Position numbers and translations under genes: made by a program. This document shows positions 48,335 through 57,318 of a stretch of DNA of 64,000 nucleotides, piece by piece. The stretch spans positions 1-64,000 of the forward strand of contig CAZPLO010000001.1 of NCBI GenBank assembly GCA_964587725.1, in the 5' to 3' direction. Below the pieces are notes generated by a model. The model had not been told where the DNA came from and searched no databases. It was given only the letters and a program-made list of their open reading frames with translations. This DNA is from an uncultured archaeon. Its GTDB lineage: Archaea; Altiarchaeota; Altiarchaeia; IMC4; SCGC-AAA252-I15. The number at the start of each line of letters is the position of its first letter. Position 1 is the first letter of the stretch.

Positions 48335-49218
48335 GGGTCTACGCCATGGTGCTGCCTCAGGCGGCGGGCAGGAAACTCGGCAGCAGGTTCGAGTGGCTGG
48401 GGAGGATTCTGACGGACTTCACGCCGCAGCTGAAAAGCGACATCGTGCTGTCGAACATAGACATGACCGCGGAGGAATACATGGTGTCTTCGCTGGCGTC
48501 CGCGTCCATACTGGGGGCTATGATGTTCACCTTCACCTACCTGCCAGTTTATTTACTGGAGATGGTGCCCGGCAGCGAACTCATCGTTTCCATTGCGCCG
48601 GCGGTGGTGATAGCGTTGCTGGACTTCTTCATAATGATGCAATATCCTCGGATACTCGCCGTTAAACGGGCGGAGCTTATAGACCGAGACCTCATATACG
48701 CGCTCAAGGAGCTGCTGCTGAACATGAGCGCCGGCCTGAGCCTGTTCGAAAGCCTCCGCCGGGTGTCGGACGCCAATTACGGGTACGTGTCATCCGACCT
48801 CCGGGGGGTGGTGGAGAAGACCACGCAGGGGACTCCGTTGGACGACGCCCTTGAAGGCCTCGCCCTCCGGACGTCGAGCGAGTACATGAGGAACGCGCTG
48901 TGGCAGACGGTGAACGCGGTGAAGGCTGGCACCAGCGTCAAAGAAGCATTGTCGGGCATAATAGACGCGCTGGTGCGGGAGCAGACGCGGAAGATACGCA
49001 ATTACATACAGGAATTGAACGTCCTCACCATGGTGTATATGCTGTTCGCAGTCGCCGTCCCCACCATAATAACGACTGTACTGGTGGTATTGACTTCGCT
49101 GATGGGGACGGGGGTGGACGAGATAACCTACGTAACCGTCATAGTGGTGTGCATATTCATACAGGTGGCGTTGGTGGGTTTCATAAGGAGCAGGCGGCCG
49201 CTGGTCTACAGCATCTAG
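48331..49218 (+). CDS. TadC/T2SSF pilus platform protein
   Basis: IDRDLIYALKELLLNMSAGLSLFES..YGYVS; overlaps the ATPase stop codon. Confidence 0.88.
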   Translation: MRVYAMVLPQAAGRKLGSRFEWLGRILTDFTPQLKSDIVLSNIDMTAEEYMVSSLASASILGAMMFTFTYLPVYLLEMVPGSELIVSIAPAVVIALLDFFIMMQYPRILAVKRAELIDRDLIYALKELLLNMSAGLSLFESLRRVSDANYGYVSSDLRGVVEKTTQGTPLDDALEGLALRTSSEYMRNALWQTVNAVKAGTSVKEALSGIIDALVREQTRKIRNYIQELNVLTMVYMLFAVAVPTIITTVLVVLTSLMGTGVDEITYVTVIVVCIFIQVALVGFIRSRRPLVYSI

Positions 49219-49535
49219 GCCTCCGGCTTCCCCATCAGGTTGGGGCTGCGGGGTTTCTTGTAGCCTCTGTCGTGGACGCGGTAGGATTCCTCGTTCAAGC
49301 CCAGTATGCTCACCAGCTCCGAACGCGCCACCAGAAACCTGCTGTGCCCGAGGAACGTGGACAGGTAGTCGGTGGTCAGACCGTTCAGCAGGCTCTCTTT
49401 TTCGACATCGCTCATGTGCTCGACGTCCATTATGCCTAGTTTCTTCATCTCGTTAACCAGGACCAATCCCCCGGACTTGCCGGACCACTTGAACATGAAC
49501 TCCAGCAGCTGTCTGCCCACCTTGGCCATCTTCAC
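49215..49535 (-). CDS. Small hypothetical protein coupled to a KaiC-like ATPase
   Basis: 4-nt overlap with 49532-50239; resembles the N-domain of 42794-43519. Confidence 0.7.
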   Translation of the reverse strand: MKMAKVGRQLLEFMFKWSGKSGGLVLVNEMKKLGIMDVEHMSDVEKESLLNGLTTDYLSTFLGHSRFLVARSELVSILGLNEESYRVHDRGYKKPRSPNLMGKPEA

Positions 49536-50239
49536 TTATACAGTACCTTCAATCCCTCCGACGATATGTCGTAGTCTACGAAGTTTTTGACGTGATTTGA
49601 GCCGCGCATCTTATGGACCTTCACCTGCCGCCCCCACTCCTCCCTGATTCGGAACAACGTGACGGAGTCGGCTAGGAAGTCCTCCATGCCGAAACGGCTG
49701 GTGTCGTTCGACGAATACGGTATCTCGGTGGTGAACACGGTGGTGATGCCCATCTTCTTCAGCGACACCATGAAACGGAACAGCTCCGCCCTGAATACTT
49801 TCTCGTCCTCGTACGCGATAGCCAGCGGCACCACGCTGTCCAACCCCAGGCGGACTGCATCGCTGTAGTTCAACTGTATGAACTCCAGCAGGTTCTCGAA
49901 GCGGAGCGGACTCTCCGGGCTCTCCACCTCGTCGGCGGTGTTCAACGCGTTGACACGTAGCGAGGACAGGTCGAACATGGTGAGCATGTCATCGTCCACG
50001 TCCTCCAGGTCGAGGCCGACCGTTTTGCTGTCCCTTACTATGTGGTCCCTCATCTCCTCCAAGGTAATGTAAACTCCCTTCTGCCCGTACTTCACCGCCC
50101 CGTTGTAGAGAAAGTAGAGGGTGAACAGGGTCTTCCCGGAGCCGCTGCACCCGCACAGCAGGTTTATGCTGTGGGGTATAAAGCCGCCCCCCAAAAGGTT
50201 GTCGTAGCCTTCAATGCCGGTCTTGATTCGCTCATCCAT
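49532..50239 (-). CDS. Single-domain KaiC/RAD55-family ATPase
   Basis: RIKTGIEGYDNLLGGG, GCSGSGKT, ITLEE, LDSV, KMRGSNH. Confidence 0.92.
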   Translation of the reverse strand: MDERIKTGIEGYDNLLGGGFIPHSINLLCGCSGSGKTLFTLYFLYNGAVKYGQKGVYITLEEMRDHIVRDSKTVGLDLEDVDDDMLTMFDLSSLRVNALNTADEVESPESPLRFENLLEFIQLNYSDAVRLGLDSVVPLAIAYEDEKVFRAELFRFMVSLKKMGITTVFTTEIPYSSNDTSRFGMEDFLADSVTLFRIREEWGRQVKVHKMRGSNHVKNFVDYDISSEGLKVLYK

Positions 50240-50309
50240 AATAAAACCCCCCTTAGAACGTTAGATATTGAATGTTTTATTAAAATAACCGGGATTTAAT
50301 ACATTACCT

Positions 50310-51290
50310 ATGGAACGGACCTACATCCTCGCCTCCCGGATTTTCCCATCCAGGGTTAATAGAAGCATCAGCGACCTCCTCAGGTACTGCGGAAGCACCA
50401 TGACGGCCGAGACCTGGCTGGGGAGGGCCGCCATAATCAGCATCATAATATTCGTTTTAACGGCGGCGGTGTTTTTGTTCACCGTCCAAAACCCCCTGAT
50501 GGCCCTGTTCCTGGTATTGGTGGGGCTCCTGATATTCCACGTGGCAAACTACATGCTCCTGTATTTGAAGGCGGAGAGCAGGGCTAGGGCTGTGGAACGC
50601 GTTCTCCCCAATCTCCTGCAGCTGATAGCCGCCAACCTCAACTCCGGGATGACGCCTTTCCAGGCTGTGAAGGAGGCGTCTAGGATAGAGTTCGGAATCC
50701 TGAAGGAGGAGATAGACACCGCCATCGCATTGTCGCTGGGGACCATGCCTTTCCCGGACGCGCTGATGTACATGACGACGAAGGTGAAATCCGAAACCTT
50801 CAGGAACGTGATGGAGTTGTTCGTGGAGGGGATGAGGACGGGGGGGCCCCTGGCCACCCTGCTGAACGACATAGCAGACGACATAATAGAGAACCTGGAC
50901 CTGCGGCGGGAGATTGTCACGCGGAGCAAAAGCTACATACTGTTCATATCCTTCATCGTGGTGGTGGGGGCTCCGCTGCTGTCGGCGGTGTCGATACACT
51001 TCATCCGCACCATCACCAGCATAACAAGCACCGTCGCCTTGGACGTGCCGGAGGTGGCTAACGTGGGCGGCATAACATTCGGGCAGCTGAGCCTCACCGA
51101 AAGCTTCCTCACCACCGTGTCGGTGGCCAACATACTGGTGACCGCGTTGATTGCGAGCTGGCTGATTGCCATAATAGCGGAGGGCAGGGACAAGTACATG
51201 TTCAAGTACGCCATAATGCTGGTGCCGTTCTCCATGGTCATGTTCTACTCCCTCGACTACCTGATAGCGCTGGTATTGACCGTAGAATGA
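50310..51290 (+). CDS. Second TadC/T2SSF pilus platform protein
   Basis: VERVLPNLLQLIAANLNSGMTPFQA..EFG.L..E, GG.LA.LL. Confidence 0.88.
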   Translation: MERTYILASRIFPSRVNRSISDLLRYCGSTMTAETWLGRAAIISIIIFVLTAAVFLFTVQNPLMALFLVLVGLLIFHVANYMLLYLKAESRARAVERVLPNLLQLIAANLNSGMTPFQAVKEASRIEFGILKEEIDTAIALSLGTMPFPDALMYMTTKVKSETFRNVMELFVEGMRTGGPLATLLNDIADDIIENLDLRREIVTRSKSYILFISFIVVVGAPLLSAVSIHFIRTITSITSTVALDVPEVANVGGITFGQLSLTESFLTTVSVANILVTALIASWLIAIIAEGRDKYMFKYAIMLVPFSMVMFYSLDYLIALVLTVE

Positions 51291-52390
51291 AAATAGCGTT
51301 GATCTGCGAGTTCTTCCCGGAGTCCAGCGGCCGGGAGATGCGAGGGGGCGTCGAAGCCCGGACGTACTTCATGGGCAGGGGCCTGGCGAAACGACACGAC
51401 GTCACCGTATACAGCGTCAAAGAACCGGGGTTTACGAACACTTCCATTGACGGCATGGACGTGGTGCGGGTGGGGCCGGAGATGAAGTACACGCAGGCGT
51501 CGTCGCTGCCAGACAGAATCCGTTTCATGCGAGACGCCGCCGAGCAGGTGAAAGGCTTTGACGTGGTGGACGGAGCCAGCGTCATAGGCTACCCGGCCGC
51601 GTGGTGGAGCAAATGCCCCGTGAAGACTGTGACATACCATGACGTGTGGGTCGGACGCTGGATTCGAAACATCGGGTGGAAGGGCGCGTTCGGCGAACTC
51701 ATGGAACGATACGTGCTGTCGCGCCGGTGGAATCTGGTGACGGCGGTGAGCGAGTACACGAAACAGAATCTCGTGAAACACGGCGTAGACGCTGAAAAGA
51801 TTACGGTGGCGCCGAACGGCATAGACGTCCGCGAATACGCGGGGGTGAAGGCGGAGAAATTCGACAAACCCACCGTGTGCACGGTAGCGAGGCTGGTGAA
51901 GTACAAGCGGGTCGGCGACCTCATTCAAGCGGCTGCGAATATGAAGGAGGACGTACCCGGCCTTCAGGTGAAGGTTGTGGGGACGGGGCCGGAGAGGAAA
52001 ACCCTGGAGCGTCTCGCACGTGACCTCGGAGTAGATGCGGATTTCATGGGGTACGTGCCAAAACACTCCAGGGTGTTGGAGACAGTGAAGGCGTCGCACG
52101 CGTTCTGCTTGCCCAGCGCGGTGGAAGGCTACGGCATCACCGTCGTGGAGGCGATGGCGTTGGATGTCCCGTACGTGGCGTCCGACATACCCGCCGTCAG
52201 GGAGGCGACGCGGAACGGTTCAGGGGGCCTGCTGTATGAGACAGGCAACATAGGGAAGCTTGCAGACGGACTGAAGACTGTGCTGCAGGGAGGCGTTGAA
52301 GGCGGCGTGGACTTCATCGGCGAATACGAGTGGAGCCGTACGGTGGAGAAGGTGGAGGAGGCGTATGAAAGGGCATCTGACATTAAGTGA
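51287..52390 (+). CDS. Glycosyltransferase family 4
   Basis: GGVE, PNGID, ARLVKYKR, PSAVEGYGITVVEAMA. Confidence 0.92.
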   Translation: MKIALICEFFPESSGREMRGGVEARTYFMGRGLAKRHDVTVYSVKEPGFTNTSIDGMDVVRVGPEMKYTQASSLPDRIRFMRDAAEQVKGFDVVDGASVIGYPAAWWSKCPVKTVTYHDVWVGRWIRNIGWKGAFGELMERYVLSRRWNLVTAVSEYTKQNLVKHGVDAEKITVAPNGIDVREYAGVKAEKFDKPTVCTVARLVKYKRVGDLIQAAANMKEDVPGLQVKVVGTGPERKTLERLARDLGVDADFMGYVPKHSRVLETVKASHAFCLPSAVEGYGITVVEAMALDVPYVASDIPAVREATRNGSGGLLYETGNIGKLADGLKTVLQGGVEGGVDFIGEYEWSRTVEKVEEAYERASDIK

Positions 52391-53918
52391 CCGGCACGGG
52401 CTGGCAGTCATACTGCTGGTTGCTCTGGCGCTGATGCTCCAGCACATAGGCGGCGCCTTCGGGGGATACCACGGATTCAACGAAGCATTCTACACCCGGC
52501 TGGCCGGGAGCATAGCAGAAAACCCCCTGTCGTATCCGCGGCTGCCCGAAGGCAGAGCAGACTACAACATACCCCCGCTCCTCGCCTACCTCCTCGGATA
52601 CGCGTTCATACTGTTCGGGGAAGGGGAGGCGGTTGCGAGGATGGTTCCCGTAGCATTCAGCCTCCTCGCGGTCGCATCAACATACCTCATCGGCAGGAGA
52701 CTGTATGGGGGGCGGACGGGGCTGGCGGCGGCCGCCATACTTTCCGTGACGCCCATGCACTTCATCGTAGGCAGGAACGTGCAGACGGACATGGTGTTCG
52801 TGGCATTGGGGTTGACCGCAGTATACCTGTATCTCCGAGGGTCGGTGAAGGCCGCCGGCGCAGTATTGGGGCTGGGATTCCTCGCCAAACAGCCGGCGGC
52901 ACTGTATTACGTGGGGTTGCTGGCGTACGAGGTTTGGCGGACGCACGACTCGGAAGACCGCCGTGGAACCTTGAAAAAGTTCGCAGTGTTCACTGCGTGC
53001 GCCGCTGCAGTGGCAGCACCGTATATAATATACAATCTCGTCAACGACCCCGGAGGGTTCCTGGGCGGGCAGACACGCGACGTCATGCTCGCCTCGACCG
53101 GCGGCCCGGGATTGTTCGCGCTAGCCTCCGAAGCATACAATGGATTGTCTCCGCTGACTACATTGGCATTCATCGCAGGCGTCATACTCGTGCTGCGTAA
53201 ACGTGAACGCGACCTCACACTCATCTACACGGCATTGTTTGCGGTGTTCTTCCTGTTCTACAACTTCCACTCATACTATGCGCTGCCGCTGGCGGCGTTC
53301 GCTGCATTGGCGGCGGCACGGGCATGCTCAGGGATACCGTCTAAGAAACTCCGCCTAGCAGCCATCTTACTACTCTACTGCGCTGGACTCTTCAACACCG
53401 CGCTGATGATGTGCGCCAACAAATACGGGTACGAAGAGTTCAGGAGGCTGCCCCGGCACATCCCCGAACAGGATGCTGTGCTTGTTGCTTCAGACGTCAT
53501 AGAACGCAGTTACCTGCCGGTGCTCCAATACTATGCGGACAAGGAGGTGGTTGCAGCCGGCGGATACGACGTCGAAGCAGGTGAAATGTATCCGCTGGAC
53601 TACTCGAAACCCACGTATGCGCTGATACACCGGAGCGAAGTGGACCTGGGGCGGCTGACCGAACAGCACCGGCAGAGACTAGTTGACAACGGCGTCTACG
53701 CGGACGTGCACGCGCTAGCCCTGGGCGGCGTGGTATTCCACCGGCCGCCCATAAACCCCCACTTCTTCACCAACGGCCCACTACAGGTGGAGTGGCTGCT
53801 TCCCCCAACATCATACGGGGTCGTGAAGGTGGGTGAGGTGCCGGAGGTGTTCGCCGTGAAACTGCGGCCCAGCGAACGCCTGTACAGAAGCGACAGAGGA
53901 GGCTACAGCATCAGATAG
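52365..53918 (+). CDS. ArnT/PMT-like GT-C membrane glycosyltransferase
   Basis: NEAFY, PPLL.Y, FGEGEAVAR, QTD, LGFLAKQ; multiple TMs. Confidence 0.85.
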   Translation: MKGHLTLSDRHGLAVILLVALALMLQHIGGAFGGYHGFNEAFYTRLAGSIAENPLSYPRLPEGRADYNIPPLLAYLLGYAFILFGEGEAVARMVPVAFSLLAVASTYLIGRRLYGGRTGLAAAAILSVTPMHFIVGRNVQTDMVFVALGLTAVYLYLRGSVKAAGAVLGLGFLAKQPAALYYVGLLAYEVWRTHDSEDRRGTLKKFAVFTACAAAVAAPYIIYNLVNDPGGFLGGQTRDVMLASTGGPGLFALASEAYNGLSPLTTLAFIAGVILVLRKRERDLTLIYTALFAVFFLFYNFHSYYALPLAAFAALAAARACSGIPSKKLRLAAILLLYCAGLFNTALMMCANKYGYEEFRRLPRHIPEQDAVLVASDVIERSYLPVLQYYADKEVVAAGGYDVEAGEMYPLDYSKPTYALIHRSEVDLGRLTEQHRQRLVDNGVYADVHALALGGVVFHRPPINPHFFTNGPLQVEWLLPPTSYGVVKVGEVPEVFAVKLRPSERLYRSDRGGYSIR

Positions 53919-53964
53919 TGTTTTTAACCGTCTCTTTGAATACATTACATCAAGGTGATAGACT

Positions 53965-54663
53965 ATGGTTGAGCGCGTTCAAACGGGTATACCGGGGCTC
54001 GACGAGCTCCTCGGCGGCGGATTCATCAGGAGACGGCATGTTGTCATATGCGGCGGCCCGGGAACCGGAAAGACCACGCTGGCATACGAGTTCCTGTACC
54101 GGGGGGCCGAACAATACGGTGAGAAAGGGTTGTTCGTGTCATTGGAGCAGAGCCCCGAACGGGTGGTGGATGGGGCGAAGGCGTTGTTCAGCAGCTGGGA
54201 CTGGGACAGACACCTGGACTCTAACATAGTGGTGACGAGGGTGCAGATAGACGACTTCACCCACCTCCAGGACATCATAGGAAACTACGTCAAGGAACAC
54301 GGTGTGAAGCGGGTGGCGTTGGACAGCCTAACCCTGCTGCGGCTGTATTTCAGGGGCGAAGACGCGTACCGGAACAATCTGTATGAGCTGCTCACGTTCC
54401 TCGGAGACCTCGACTGCACCACCCTGCTGACGCTGGAGAAGGCGATGAACCGACGGTCCGACGCCCAATACGACATGGAGGAGTTCGTAGCAGACGGCGT
54501 AATCAACATGTATCTGGTTCCGAAGGAGCGGGACCGTCTGAGGGTATTGGAGATTGTGAAGATGAGGGACACCGACCACAGCACCCGCCTTAGCCCGTTC
54601 AAGATAACACCGGACGGACTGATGATTTCCCCTGACGCGCAGATGTTCGGAGACATCGAGTGA
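53965..54663 (+). CDS. Single-domain KaiC/RAD55-family ATPase
   Basis: RVQTGIPGLDELLGGG, GGPGTGKT, SLEQ, LDSL, EEFVADG, KMRDTDH. Confidence 0.93.
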   Translation: MVERVQTGIPGLDELLGGGFIRRRHVVICGGPGTGKTTLAYEFLYRGAEQYGEKGLFVSLEQSPERVVDGAKALFSSWDWDRHLDSNIVVTRVQIDDFTHLQDIIGNYVKEHGVKRVALDSLTLLRLYFRGEDAYRNNLYELLTFLGDLDCTTLLTLEKAMNRRSDAQYDMEEFVADGVINMYLVPKERDRLRVLEIVKMRDTDHSTRLSPFKITPDGLMISPDAQMFGDIE

Positions 54664-55547
54664 AGATGGACAAGGCATCCCGGGTGTACTCCAGCCTGCT
54701 CGCCGGCGAAACAGCATACCTTGCTAAGGTGAACCCGCAGCTGGCTGCGAAGACGCTGGAGGAGAAGGCGGAGGCGCTGAAGAAGGCCGGCGTACAGTAT
54801 ACTGTAGAAGGCGGTCTGAAGATAACCGAGGCACCCGAAAACTCCGGGGAGCTGCTGTATCAGACCATACTCGACTTGGCAGCACCCTATGAGAAACAGT
54901 ACGGGGTGAACAAGCTCTGGAACCCGCTGAAGACCGTGATAGTGAAGGTGTTCCAGAAGAACCGGGACGTGGTCCGGGAGACGGGCATGGAGGTTCCCGT
55001 CGCAAAGTACGAGATAGAGTACATGATACTGGAGACGCTGTTCGGCTTCCAGGGCACCGACTTCCGGAAGAAGAGGTGGATAAACGGGGCCGTGCTCGTG
55101 ACAAACCACGAAATCGTGCTGCCGGAGGACGGCGGCGCAGAACACATTCCCTTGCAGGCCGTCGCCACCGTCGGCCGCGAAATATACGTGGGCTACGAGC
55201 ACGAGATGACCAAGGGGATAGTACGGGCCATAGACTACCAGGTGAAGGAGTCCGGGATGTCCTGTGCGGTGCTGCTGGCGAAGGGGGAGTTGATGAAGGA
55301 GTTCATGAAGGTCGCGTCCGTCATGAGGGCGGAGTATCGGAGGCTGAACCCCACGGAGGAGAGGATACTGCTCGCATTATACGATGAGACGCCGGTTGAA
55401 CAGCTGGCGGGAAAGACAGGTGTGAAGGGGGTCGACGTGACGGCCGCCTTCAAGCGGCTGATGGAGCTCCGGTACACGGACGGGAAAGGCCACCTCACGT
55501 CGTATGGCATTAACGCTTCAATGGAGTTGAAACAGAGAGGTAGATGA
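54660..55547 (+). CDS. CheF-like (DUF439) protein with unrecognised N-terminal domain
   Basis: W.NG.VLVTN..IVL...GG..HIPL..V..VGR (CheF PH-like) and L..TEERILLALY...L....G.....V...F.RL.EL...LT..G.N (CheF C-terminal domain). Confidence 0.7.
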   Translation: MKMDKASRVYSSLLAGETAYLAKVNPQLAAKTLEEKAEALKKAGVQYTVEGGLKITEAPENSGELLYQTILDLAAPYEKQYGVNKLWNPLKTVIVKVFQKNRDVVRETGMEVPVAKYEIEYMILETLFGFQGTDFRKKRWINGAVLVTNHEIVLPEDGGAEHIPLQAVATVGREIYVGYEHEMTKGIVRAIDYQVKESGMSCAVLLAKGELMKEFMKVASVMRAEYRRLNPTEERILLALYDETPVEQLAGKTGVKGVDVTAAFKRLMELRYTDGKGHLTSYGINASMELKQRGR

Positions 55548-56245
55548 AGATGACGGTTGATTTAAGGAGGAGTGTTGTTGTGAACTTTAAGACGTACGAG
55601 CAGGCCACCGGCGCCAAGGCAGTGGCGTTGGCGAAAGTATGCGACGAGGTGGCGCGGGAGCTCGGCGCCAACATCGTGGTTACTGTACAGGCAGTGGACT
55701 TGAAGGCCGTGGCTGACGCCGTCGGCATACCAGTGTTCGCACAGCACATCGACCCCGTGAGGTACGGCAGCAACACCGGGTGGGTGCTGGCCGAAGCCGT
55801 TAAGGAGGCCGGCGCGGTCGGGACGCTGATTAACCACAGCGAACACAAGCTGCCGCTGGAGGAAATCAGGAAACGGATTGAACGGGCCCGTGAAATAGGT
55901 CTGACGACAATCGTATGCTCCGGCAAGGACAGCAACGAGGAGACAATCGACGAAACCAAAGCTATTGCGGCGTTGAAGCCCGACTTCGTGGCCGCTGAAC
56001 CCCCGGACCTCATCGGCGGAGACGTTTCAGTGACCACACGGCCGGAGCTGGTGACGGGTGTCGTGGATGCCGTGAACGAAGTGGACTCCGGAGTCGGCGT
56101 GTTGACGGGGGCGGGGGTGAAGACGGGAGACGACGTCCGGGATGCACTGAAGCTCGGCACACTCGGCGTGCTGCTCGCCTCCGGGGTTACGAAGGCGAAG
56201 GACCCGGCGGCTGCGCTGAAGAACCTGTGCAGGGGGCTGGAATAA
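55544..56245 (+). CDS. tpiA: Triosephosphate isomerase (archaeal type)
   Basis: VNFKTY, AQH.D, LINHSE, EPPDLIG, GAGV, LLASG. Confidence 0.96.
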   Translation: MKMTVDLRRSVVVNFKTYEQATGAKAVALAKVCDEVARELGANIVVTVQAVDLKAVADAVGIPVFAQHIDPVRYGSNTGWVLAEAVKEAGAVGTLINHSEHKLPLEEIRKRIERAREIGLTTIVCSGKDSNEETIDETKAIAALKPDFVAAEPPDLIGGDVSVTTRPELVTGVVDAVNEVDSGVGVLTGAGVKTGDDVRDALKLGTLGVLLASGVTKAKDPAAALKNLCRGLE

Positions 56246-56307
56246 ACCAGCCCTTTCACAATTATTATAATTTATTTAAAATAGTTTATAATTTTTTCTA
56301 AACAGTT

Positions 56308-57318
56308 TCAACTGCGTTTTCTGCGGTATTTTTCTATGATTCCTTCGACGTCCGCCGGCTGCTCGGACAGTTCAGCAAGCTGTTCGGCGTTTATGTGGTA
56401 GTAGCCGTGGGTGCGCTGGAGTTCGGAGGAGTCGTATACGGGGACGCCTTTTTCCAGGAGGTGTTCGCGCACCTTCTTCTTGGACGTGAACGCAGCCTTC
56501 AACCCCTCCACTGACTCCGGGACCTGCTCCACCAGCGCCATCCCGCAGACGACGTTGGGGCAGACCCCCACCAACAACGTGCTCCCCAACATGACATCAT
56601 CCAGCAGGCGGCGGCACTCAGACAGCTCCCCCACCTTCCGGGACAGTGTTTTGACTCGGGGGCCGGGCTTCACCTTCGGACGGGACTTCACGTGTTTACG
56701 GCGTTTCTCGGCAGCCAACTTCTCCTTTAGAACCTGTATTGTTTCGTCGCGTTCAGACGCCTCATTGGAGAGGACCCTAACCCGCTTCTCAAGGGAGCGT
56801 ATCTGTTTCTCCTCCTCAGACGGTTCACGGTGGGGCTGCGCTTCAACCTCCCGCTCCTCATCCTCCGGATCCTCCTCCAAAGACTGACAGGCCCGGCTGA
56901 TGCTCTTGCCCTGCAGCACAAAGTGCTTAACATCCTCCCCCAGGCCGAGGGACTCTATCTTCTGCATCTTGTTCCTGAACTGGCTGAACGCGTGCAATGC
57001 GGCAGCCAATGCGTCACGCTGGTGGGCGTCGGAGACATCATATTCCCTGGTCAACTCCAGCTTCTCCTGAACCGTCAAAGACTTTTCAGGCACGTAGAAG
57101 GTGACGCCGAAGTTTGACGCGATGCGGGAAACAAACTCCGGGCCGGGGCGGACGTCGCATGCTATGACAGACGGATGACCCATGGACACTATGTACTCTA
57201 TCGCGGAAGACAAGCCCATCTCCTTCCCGCTTGTCACCCCAACCAGTCCACCCTTCAGGTCGACCGCAGCCACCGCGGTGGTGGTCCCCGGGTCGACTCC
57301 AAAGATAAGGTGTTTCAT
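56308..57318 (-). CDS. DUF460 domain protein
   Basis: IFGVDPGTTTAVA..DL.G, IACDV.P.P, HQRDALAAA. Confidence 0.88.
   Translation of the reverse strand: MKHLIFGVDPGTTTAVAAVDLKGGLVGVTSGKEMGLSSAIEYIVSMGHPSVIACDVRPGPEFVSRIASNFGVTFYVPEKSLTVQEKLELTREYDVSDAHQRDALAAALHAFSQFRNKMQKIESLGLGEDVKHFVLQGKSISRACQSLEEDPEDEEREVEAQPHREPSEEEKQIRSLEKRVRVLSNEASERDETIQVLKEKLAAEKRRKHVKSRPKVKPGPRVKTLSRKVGELSECRRLLDDVMLGSTLLVGVCPNVVCGMALVEQVPESVEGLKAAFTSKKKVREHLLEKGVPVYDSSELQRTHGYYHINAEQLAELSEQPADVEGIIEKYRRKRS

Noticed and set aside
49532-54663. Circadian KaiABC clock
   Set aside because: Single-domain ATPases without the Ser-Thr phosphosite pair, and no KaiA or KaiB
56258-56307. Very AT-rich stretch
   Set aside because: Lies between convergent genes and fits ordinary T-rich archaeal termination
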